Source: Botryllus schlosseri
Taxonomy: Eukaryota
Length of the DNA: 64,000 nucleotides
NCBI GenBank assembly: GCA_051294905.1
Contig: CM119374.1
Coordinates: forward strand, 11,532,001-11,596,000
Direction: 5' to 3'
Shown: one piece after another, positions 12,178 through 21,525 of the stretch
How positions within the stretch are numbered: position 1 is the first letter of the stretch
How the letters are laid out: every line of letters begins with the position of its first letter
Program-made: the position numbers and the translations under genes
The notes under the pieces: model-generated
What the model was told of the DNA's origin: nothing
What the model saw: the letters and a program-made list of their open reading frames with translations, nothing else
Databases searched by the model: none

Positions 12178-14046
12178 AGGTCAACTATATCGACCAAAAC
12201 AACTTTGGCTCATTTTGTAGAGTTTTTTATGCTAATTCCAATAATATACATCCTAACTTCTAAAATTACGTATTTTCTGAGATATCGCAGTGCAAACCGC
12301 CGACCTCTGAGAAACGGCTGTAAAATCAGCAACCGTGTCGATGACGTACTACCATGAGGATTTTGCCGATACATGGAACACTGAATCGGATGTCTAAGTC
12401 AATCGTTGGTTGTTGTCTTCGCCTAAATTACCTGATGCTGCGTTGTTTTGATTCGTCATGCCCGACTGGACTTTTCAATCTTCATTTTATGGTACTTTAG
12501 GTTCTTATAATTTGCGATGGCTTGTACAGAAGCCAACGTGCAAGGCAAGCAGTTCTGTTTCCATCTCATGTATTGATCCCATGGAAACGCCACCTGGGTA
12601 AGGACGAGGACGGCTAGCTGCCCCGCACTTCAATGAAAACAGATGCAGAGAGCAGAAGAAAAGCAAGTCCGGAAAGACCCTTTTGCAGCCCAATATAAGG
12701 AAGGCTGCTGTGCTCACCGATGTACAGTGTTTTTCAATAAGCTGCTGTAGTCGGAGTAGGAGCACTTTGCCATCACACTTTCTCTACAGCAAAGGATGCT
12801 GTACAATGGTGAAGAACGACTTCTGGAGGCACATCTGTCATTCAATCATTGACCAGTTGACCACACCAGTTGACAACGAGGTGTGGCCAGAACCCCCTCC
12901 CCTTGCTTCTGCACGTGCAAGATTGCAACGAGATCAAGCCATACATCACGATGATGCCGTGTCACGGTAGGTAATTATTATTTCAACCTCACTTTTCCCA
13001 ACAAATTCAGAGTTTTGTAACTTCAAACAACCACCCCTGATCTAGGCTTACATAAAAAACTCTTGTCCTGCTGCTGGCTTTCACATAGACATTGAACCGG
13101 TGTTACAATAAAAATAAAGTAAATGGAGTGTTAGTGAGTGTATATGATTGAATTTCTGCTGTAAATTATTATTTCAGAAACATTGACAATCCTGGCCGAG
13201 GGCATCATGCTGGAGCATAACATAAAAAAAAGAAAATTCGCCGAAGAATCCTGGGAATATCACTTATTCACAGAGATTTATTGAGATAATTTCCTTCTAT
13301 GATATTATAATTTTTGCGATTCTGTATTTATTAGAACCCAATAAAAGCTTTCGACTTTTCTGTATGTATTAGAATCCAGTAAAAGCTTTTAAGTAAAGCT
13401 ATTTTATTACATACAAAGATAAAGTGGAAGTAGCAGTCTGTGAGAACTGATCAGCGACGTCGGAATACTTCGGATCCAGTGCATGCGGCGGAGCTGAATT
13501 CCTTTGAGTGAATCTAGTCAGGTCTAGCGTCTCTGAAAAATCAATATGTATTAGTTATATGCAGCGGTCTTCAAGCTTAGATCGTCAGCATACCGCACAA
13601 TCTTACATACATGCGTTACACTAAATGTTTTAGACGCGCAAGTCCAATCATTTGACCAAACGGTACGGTACTTTCGTCGTCCAGTAATGCCTGATTATAT
13701 ATACCATTCAATGGCTTACCTATATACGGGAATTCCTCAATAGCGTCGGAATCAGATTTACTAGATACCGTGTAGCTGTCAGTTCAGTCCACAGCTTCAG
13801 AGGTTGACATTATCCCACTTCAATACATACACCACAGCCGCAGCATCAGAAATCCTCATGGTAGTACGTCATCGACATGCTTCATTGATTTTACTACTGT
13901 TTTCGTCTGTGGTGGCATTTTGCGACTATCGCTGCTCGATATCTCAGAAAATACGTAATTTTAGAAGGTATGGGGTATATTTTTGGAATCAGCATGTAAA
14001 ACTCTACTGAATGAGCCAAAGTTGTTTCGGTCGATATAGTTGACCT
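12178..14046 (+). mobile_element. Kolobok-type DNA transposon remnant (1869 bp)
   Basis: TTAA TSDs (12174-12177, 14047-14050); termini AGGTCAACTATATCGACC / GGTCGATATAGTTGACCT with ~190-bp imperfect inverted arms; from 12611 RLAAPHFNENRCREQ, resembling the Kolobok transposase C-terminal RLAALHFNEN motif as I recall it. Confidence 0.75.
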
Positions 14047-15003
14047 TTAAAATCTGATTGCGTATACGCAATCGATCAACTTCATCTGGCCATATCTGTA
14101 TTTGTCTATGTCCTAGAGGCTTCATTTTTGTTTGTAGGGAAAGCTAGCAATCTTCTGATTTATATGATACCTAATTCGAAGGTATAAGTCATGACAATTT
14201 TCGAGCACCGACGATGATACATAAGGAGTTCGGCCGAAAATACGCATGCAGAAAAAAGTGGTTATCACCTGAAATTTCCAGATATTTTCCGAGTGGGAAT
14301 TCTAGTCAGACATTCTGCCAGAACATCAGAAGTCGACTGATACGGTGTTCTGTGTAATTTTTCACCGTTTCAAACATATAAACTTGTTCTTGTGAGTATT
14401 CTGAAGGATTTTGGTAATTGTGGTCACGCTTCGGTGATTTTCAAGAACATAGTTAAGTTCGTGACCGAATATGAGTCATAAACTGCTTTAGTATGCTTGC
14501 AAATGGTCGGATACGACAAGAGAAAGTATACCACGTTGTTTCATGCCAATAACTAGGCGGTAGGGGTCCGATTTGGTATTGATCTTGAAGTTGACCATTA
14601 CGACCACTTATTGACCACGCCCATATGTAAATTTTTCATGTATTTTTGATTTTTCGATAACTGGCGAGCGGCGCGGTTTACGGCCATGGTTGACGGCTTG
14701 TTTGAAACCAGGCAACGGTGGCTACGCACTCATGCATCATTTTTGACTCTCTGGCGCCAACCTGGGGGTCAGTCTTGAAAAATGAAGGATAGAAAGAGAT
14801 TTTTTAGAGAAAAAGTTTGTTTATTTAGTCCTATAAAAATCCTAGACATGTCTTGGGGTGTCGATCGAGGGCGGAAACGGTAGAGGGATATAGTCCGCCC
14901 ACTTTTAAACTGAAACAGCCCAGACTTAAGTCTTACTGAGGTCTTGGTATGAATTTGAAAAGTGATGGTCAGTTTCGCGAAAATTTACCGGATTTCAAAA
15001 GGG
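14047..15003 (-). mobile_element. piggyBac-like MITE (reverse orientation)
   Basis: Ends GATTTCAAAAGGG followed by TTAA (15004-15007); collinear with 42908-43870; its other TIR (CCTT/TTAA/AATC) is split by the Kolobok insertion. Confidence 0.85.
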
Positions 15004-15498
15004 TTAATATATCGCAAATATCGCACCCCATCTAAACCAACCCAAAAGCATTGAAAGCACTGGTTTTGTAAGGAAATATATCGTTTAATGCACTGCTCGT
15101 GTAAACACGCCAACAACGAATCGAGGTTCTTTCTTTGTCGAGCAAACAAGACATCTTCAAGAGAAAAATCAGAGAGTGTAGTGTTGAACTCGTCTTTGCG
15201 GTAGTTGATGAAGGAGAAGTCTGCTTCCACACGAGATGTGGTGGGCATGACCGTTGCAAAACCAGCAGCAAACTGACGTAAGGATGCAAAACGCTGTCCA
15301 GCGGTAGCCCACACCTCGTTGAAGGACGCACTGTCTTCCACCTTCAGCAACGAAGCCTTGAATCTGGGCTCTTTGGCAACGGCCTCTTGCAATAGAAGGT
15401 TCTCATCTGTGATCCTCTTGAGAAAGTTATGTTAATACACCACAATCGTCGAGTTTAGTCACTGCCTTCTTTGTGACGAGGTCGAGCTGATGCGCAAC
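15004..15498 (-). pseudogene. hAT-like transposase, 3' part (CxxH region, internal deletion, C-terminal dimerisation domain)
   Basis: Continues across the Gypsy TSD as VAHQLDLVTKKAVTKLDD, then jumps to ...FATVMPTTSRVEADFSFINYRKDEFNTTLSDFSLEDVLFARQ (hATC-like PxTSxxVExxFS motif). Confidence 0.8.
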
Positions 15499-15651
15499 TG
15501 TAGTATTATCACTGAGCTTCTAGCTGTCTACTTAGACAGATACCTTTACAAGTCGGATTCGAAGTGTATTCTCCACAGACCACATGCTTGTCTGTCATCA
15601 AAACAATACGGGACCCATCGCATGCTCAATCAAGCATATCATAACACCACA
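15499..15651 (-). repeat. 3' LTR
   Basis: 153 bp, imperfect terminal inverted repeats TGTRGTRTTAT, abuts the PPT. Confidence 0.95.
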
Positions 15652-15663
15652 TCTCCCTTTTTT
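15652..15663 (-). other. Polypurine tract
   Basis: AAAAAAGGGAGA on the minus strand immediately before the 3' LTR. Confidence 0.9.
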
Positions 15664-15873
15664 AGTGGAAGAGACATCGACACTACTTACATTATATACA
15701 AGTGACAATACAGCAGCGATAACAATATATATAAGGTGACACTACCCCTGCAAGGTTAGCAAGAGCAGGGCATTTACAGTTAACAGACAGAGTCACCAGG
15801 GAGGTAGACTACTCCCAAGGTGTACAACAAGTTAGGGGATTATTCTGCCCCTGATCTTGAAACCTGTGTGAGA

Positions 15874-17022
15874 TCAATATTGCTCAATAAATCGTTGTGG
15901 CGGATTTCTAATTCTCGAGGATCGCCTCGCGGGATTCTCTCCGGTAGGTTCAGTTGAACCGTTGGCTTCTTGATGGTGTCCTGGTTTCTTCGACGCTACA
16001 AGACAATATTCAACCGGTTTATTCTGATGCGGAACAGATGGTTTTGGTTCCTCCGGAGGGTTGTACTTCCGTAAGTGTTTTCGGTTACGCCTCATTAGTC
16101 CATTGTTCGCCTCAACGATGATCGCTCTAGGATTTTCATGCATCTCCTTGATGATACCCATCCTTTCGCAATCAGGAATGTATACATGGTCTCCAATTCC
16201 GAATCTATCATTCTCAACCACACGATGTCTTTTATTGTAACTCGCAGCCATTTTCTGTCTATACTCCGTCTCTCTTTTTCGAAGATCTTCGGCATCAACA
16301 GTCTGTGGCCGTAGCTGGTCAGGATGACAAATCACCTTTGTCTTCAATCTGCGTCCCATGCTCAATTGGGCGTGCGATAACCCGATGTGCAAGGGCGTGT
16401 TCCTATAGTTCAGTAGCGTCAGATAGACATCATCTGGTTTCTTGAGCAGGGCCTTTATAGTTTGCACTCCTCTCTCGATGAAGCCATTGCCCTGGCTATA
16501 TTCCAGAGAAGAGGTGAGGTGCTGAAAATTCCAGGCTCTGGAGAACTGAGAAAATTCAGAGGAAACGAAGACCGAAGCATTGTCCGTAAGCAAGACATCA
16601 CAGATGCCATGATGAGAGAACACATTCTTGAAGTTAGAAATTGTGTCCCGTGACGAGATCGTTTTCTTTACTGAGAACAGTTCTATGTCTCTGGAGTAGT
16701 AATCCATGATCAAAAGGTAGTACTTGTCCTCCAGTTGGAAAAAATCAGCAGCAATTCTAGCCCATGGGCGTGTCGGAAATTCGGTCCCCATCATCGGTTC
16801 AGTTCGATCTCGTCGATGCTTTTCACAGCGGTTGCAGTTGAGTACTGCATGTTCAATGTCTTTTGAATAGCCTGGCCACCAGCAAGCTTGTGCTGCAAGT
16901 TGTCTGGTCTTGGTTATTCCAAGGTGCGATTGGTGAAGGTGCTTCAGAACATCTTCGCGCAACGGCGGTGGTATGACGAGTCTGTTGCTTTTTAGCAAGA
17001 GATTGTCATGTACTGTTAACAC
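15874..17022 (-). CDS. Retrotransposon integrase ORF
   Basis: HHCC finger (HLHQSHLG...CNRC), DDE core (DYYSR, TDNAS, NGFIERG). Confidence 0.93.
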   Translation of the reverse strand: MLTVHDNLLLKSNRLVIPPPLREDVLKHLHQSHLGITKTRQLAAQACWWPGYSKDIEHAVLNCNRCEKHRRDRTEPMMGTEFPTRPWARIAADFFQLEDKYYLLIMDYYSRDIELFSVKKTISSRDTISNFKNVFSHHGICDVLLTDNASVFVSSEFSQFSRAWNFQHLTSSLEYSQGNGFIERGVQTIKALLKKPDDVYLTLLNYRNTPLHIGLSHAQLSMGRRLKTKVICHPDQLRPQTVDAEDLRKRETEYRQKMAASYNKRHRVVENDRFGIGDHVYIPDCERMGIIKEMHENPRAIIVEANNGLMRRNRKHLRKYNPPEEPKPSVPHQNKPVEYCLVASKKPGHHQEANGSTEPTGENPARRSSRIRNPPQRFIEQY

Positions 17023-19515
17023 GTCTCTTCAATACCCAGCAAGAGTTCTCTCCAGTGCTCCATTGCCCAAGTGATTGCCAAAGCCTCTTTTTCTATCTGG
17101 GCGTACCGTTGTTCAGTGTCGCTCATTGATCTGCTGGCATATGCGACTGGGTGAAGGTTATTGTCATCTTGTCTTTGCATCAGAACGGCACCAAGGCCGT
17201 AACTGCAGGAGTCAGCTGAGAGCACAGTTTCCCTATCTGGGCAATACATGGCTAAGGTAACATCGGAAGACATCGCGTTTCACTCTTGCGAACGATTCCT
17301 CTTGTGACGGGCCCCAGTACCACTCAACCTTCTTCGCCAGCAATTCTCGTAACGGCTTGGTCAGTTCCGCTAGGTTGGAGCTAAACTTCATGAGCTGGTT
17401 TGCCATTCCCAAGAACCTGCGAAGTTCAGTCTTATCAGTAGGAGCAGCATAATTCACAATAGCCTGCACCTCCTTTGGATCTTTGCTGATACCATCTTGG
17501 CCGATGACCTGACCGAGATATGCAAGTTCAGTTGCAGCAACGATGCATTTCTTCTCATTTAGAGTCATGCCAGAGCATTTTAGACGGTCCAATACAGTCT
17601 TCAGAGTCTCATCGTGCGTAGTTTGAGTGCCAACTACTAGGATGTCATCCATATGGAAAATCACGTTTGGGATTCCTTGCAGGATTTCACTGATACGTTT
17701 TTGGAACGCTTCCGGTGCGCTCGAGATGCCAAATGGTAAGCGACGAAATTGGTATCTCCCAAACGGTGTGATAAACGTTGTCAACTTTCGACTTTCAGGG
17801 GCGAGCTCAATTTGATAAAATCCAGAGTTTGCGTCCAGCTTAGTGAAGACCGTCCCCTTTGACAGTTGCCCCAAAGTGCTTTCGACTGTAGGCATAGGGT
17901 ACAGCTCCCTTTTTACCCCATTATTGAGCTTGGTTAGGTCTACACACAGTCGCACCTTTCCGTCTGGTTTGGCTACGACTACGATTGGAGCACACCAATC
18001 TGTAGGTCCCGTCACTTCTTCTATGATACCGAGCTCCTCAAGCTTTTCTATCTCCTCTTTGAGTTTCTGGCGCAATGGGATTGGCACACGACGTGGCAAA
18101 TTCAAACAGAAGGGCTCAACGCCGTCTTTCATGTGAATAGTAAACGGCTCTCCCAGTTTGCCAATGCCCTTGAATAGCTCTGGGTATGCTTTCTTGACGT
18201 CCTCTTTGCTCCGCAAACGACTCTCAGGGGTAAGTTTGACTGCCCTGATGGATACTTGAACGTCCTGGCACTCTTGAAGAAGTCCAAGTTCCAGTATAGC
18301 AGGAGCGCCAAGGAGTAGCATATCCGCATCCGATACAATGTAGACTTTCTCTGTTAACGTCTTGAAGTCGGAGCGGAGTTTCATCCGTACATAACCAACA
18401 GTATTGAGAGGTTGTCGATTAACTCCAATGAGCCGTCTATCAGATTTCTGTATAGGCCCATATTGTCTCTTGTACAATCGCCGCGGCATGACAGACACTT
18501 CTGCTCCAGAGTCTATAATCCATTTCAGAGTGTTGTTAACGACTCTCAACATGATAGTCCACTGGATAGTCTTAGTAGCTTGTGCTGAACCTACCGATGC
18601 TTCTGCTTCTTGGGTTTCGCCCACGCTTCCACACATTGCGTCTGGAAGTTCTTCCTCGTCATAACACCCAGCGCTTGGTTCTTCCTCAATCGTTTCGCTA
18701 TCCAGCACGCGTACATTTCTACTTCTGCACCTTTCCTTATAATGGCCCGTTCTACCACATCTGTAGCATTTTACTGAGGCTGCTGGACAGAACCCTCTGC
18801 CTCTTTTGTGCCGTCGACCGCAAAATGTGCAGTTTATTATAGGCACAGTTTCAACTGCAGGCTTCTTAAAAGTTTGAGGTCTCGCTTTGTTGGCCACCAC
18901 TTCTATTGCTGTAGGTGCAGATCTCCGATCAGCATAGCTCCGTCTCGTCTCGTGGGTAGTCACAACGTCGATGATCTTCTGAGACGTTAGCTTGTCAAAG
19001 TCGATTTCCGATAGCTTGTACAACATCTCAGAATCATCTACGCACCCGACAATAAGTTTACCCCGAACGGTTGCGTCATATACTGCTGGAGGAAATTAGC
19101 ATTTTCGTGCAGCCTTTCTGACTGCATGTATCCAAGATGCAAATGATTCACCCTCCTTGCGTTGTAAGAAATGGAAGAATTGAAGGTGTGCTTCAAACCT
19201 GCCATCCCGAACCTTGAAACGTTCATCAAACTTCTTCAAGACGGTATCAAGGTCAGTTTTGTCTTCTGCTGAAACTGCTTCCACACCGTCTGATTCTGCG
19301 ACTGCTTCAGCAAACACGAAATCCTGGTATAAATCCTTTCCTTCCTTGCCTATGTAATGCAGTAATAATCCAACTTTCTGGCGCCCAGATGATTCAACAT
19401 GACCTGCTGCATCGATAAAGATCAGGAATTTCTTTTTCCATTCCAACCAGGCTTCTGCCTCATTCACGGCGCCTATTATTGTGAGATCCCCCGGACCTAA
19501 TACAACGGCCGCCAT
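17016..19515 (-). pseudogene. gag-pol (gag, CCHC knuckles, protease, RT, partial RNase H), disrupted
   Basis: CYRCGRTGHYKERC, IDSGAEVS, RLCVDLTKLN, LPFGISSAPEAFQ, HMDDILV, ADSCSYGLGAVL. In-frame TAA at 19096-19098, 1-nt frameshift near 17275, deletion joining RNase H (LLGIE) directly to the pre-integrase region. Confidence 0.93.
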
Positions 19516-19545
19516 AATCTAGTTATTAGGCTAGTTCGAAGTTAT

Positions 19546-19557
19546 CCGCTACCACCA
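19546..19557 (-). other. Primer binding site (probably tRNA-Leu)
   Basis: TGGTGGTAGCGG directly after the 5' LTR, complementary to a tRNA 3' end CCGCTACCA-CCA; tRNA identity is an inference. Confidence 0.8.
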
Positions 19558-19710
19558 TGTAGTATTATCACTGAGCTTCTAGCTGTCTACTTAGACAGAT
19601 ACCTTTACAAGTCGGATTCGAAGTGTATTCTCCACAGATCACATGCTTGTCTGTCATCAAAACAATACGGAACCCATCGCATGCTCAATCAAGCATATCA
19701 TAACACCACA
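19558..19710 (-). repeat. 5' LTR
   Basis: 153 bp, 151/153 identical to the 3' LTR. Confidence 0.95.
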
Positions 19711-21201
19711 GCAACTCACCACAAACGATAAAACGCTTCCTTGCACAAAGATTCATTCCCTACGAGGGTCGAGAACTCTGCGGTATGGCTTGTCATATTT
19801 CCAGCTCCATCCGTTGATGAACCAATCAACTTCATGCGCCAATCACAACACAAAGCGTCCATGAGCTTGATAAATTGATCAGCATAAACTTTCCCTGTGT
19901 GTGAGAGAGCAAACAGTGCTATGGCAAGAAGATGGAACTCATTCGTGACTTCAGCGCTGCCTTCAAATCCAACAACCGATGGGAATCGAATCCTCAAATC
20001 AAGGTGGGAGTCCTGTGAAACCTTATTGTTCGACTCATCGCAGCCAATGGAGAGTGCCCACGACGCTTTCATGATTTCAGACAGCGTCTGCAAACCAATC
20101 TCACATGCAATACGCGACATTTTCGAGGCTTCTCCCGGTGATATGGTGCCCACTTTCGTAGCAGCAGCAGCCAAATTTTCTCGATCAGATCGCACAACTT
20201 TTGCAACCTGACGAAAGCTGAGAGCTGCAGCAACACAATCAAGCACATGGTTAAATTGTGCCTTGTTTCGAATGGAAACACTGTAGGATATCAGGTCACC
20301 GGCTTCGTTCTTCACCGGCGTGAACGCACGCATCGCGATGTCTCCAGCCAATGACTCTTCGGTCGAGTCGAACAACATCTCTTTGACGACGACCTCGACA
20401 ATCTACTTGTCAATGGAGTATGACAACCTCCCGTTCACGTCGTCCTTCTTGAAAAAGAACGCTTGCAGCTGAGCCTGAGAGAAGAACTCTTTGAAAGCGT
20501 CCGGCGCTTCTTCCTGATTATCTCTTGCTTGAATGTACTCCTTCCACTTATTCGGATCCTGTTGTTGCATATGCTTGAGAATGTTTCCTGGATTGAACTT
20601 GTCCTTCGTGAACGTTTGGAATGCCTTGGTGTTCTTGCATTTCCGAACTGCTGCATCAGTTAGATGGGTTTCACGACCAAACACTTGGCAGAAAGAACAC
20701 ACAGCGGAATCAACGACGCCTCTGGCATCACGGCTTGCAACGCGTGTGCCGAATCGCTCAACGTAGGCCTTCTGAAATGGATACCTGCGTTCAGGAGGCA
20801 TGTTGTTATATGCTGTAGACGCAGTGCCGTTCTTGCCACGTAGCCACAATCACAGTGGCGCTTATACTCCCATAGATTGCATTGCTTTGTTCTTTACTTT
20901 GTCCTAACACTTACTGACCGCAGAAACCAATCGTAACTGATCGCAGGGTAACATTTCACGGCTTGCAAGTTGCAACGCCTATGCCGAGTCGATCAACGTA
21001 TAGGCTTTCTGACATGGATACTTGCGTCCAGGAGGCATGTTCAACAAGGTTAAGTAAGGAATGACAAGTGCCAGGAGCTGCTCACGGCCTAGGAAGCGCC
21101 CCACGGCCTGCCGTACGGCAGATTAATATATCGCACTTTTCGAGGCTTAATATATCTCATTGCGATATATTAAGGCAATTGCGATATATTAAATCGGCCT
21201 G
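19711..21201 (-). pseudogene. hAT-like transposase 5' part and right terminus
   Basis: MPPERRYPFQKAYVERFG...VCSFCQVFGRE...KHMQQQDPNKW (Zn-finger-like); in-frame TAG at 20403-20405; IGCDESN, STDGAGNM, FYRLW*; terminus CAGGCCGATTTAATATATCGC with subterminal TTAATATATCGC repeats. Confidence 0.82.
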
Positions 21202-21525
21202 ACAATACCGTACCAGTCGACTTCTGATGTTCTGGCAGAATTTATTACTATATTTTCCACTCGGAAAATGGCTGGAAATTTAAGGTGATAACCACTTTTT
21301 TCTGCATGCGTATTTTCGGCCTAACTCTTCGAGTAACTTGGTCGGTGCTCGAAAATTGTCATGCCTTATACCTATGAATTAGGTATCATATAATTTATAA
21401 GATTGCTAGCTTTTCGTACAAACCGAAATGAAGCCGCCAAGATGTAGGCTACAAGTACATAAATGAAGATATTACCAGATGAAGTTGGCCGATGCCACCA
21501 GTGGCATCCGATTTTAAAAGATAAG
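21202..21525 (+). mobile_element. Other half of the piggyBac-like MITE that hosts the hAT
   Basis: Matches 43565-43870; ends in a degenerate GATTTTAAAAG. Confidence 0.75.

Larger units (their letters stand above)
15499..19710 (-). mobile_element. Ty3/Gypsy LTR retrotransposon (Mag-like), 4212 bp, defective
   Basis: TG...CA LTRs at 15499-15651 and 19558-19710 (153 bp, 2 mismatches); 5-bp TSD GCAAC (15494-15498, 19711-19715); PBS and PPT; gag-PR-RT-RH-IN order. Confidence 0.97.

Noticed and set aside
19096-19098. Programmed stop read-through between gag and pol
   Set aside because: The TAA lies mid-gag, upstream of the CCHC knuckles, not at the gag/pol boundary; best read as a nonsense mutation.
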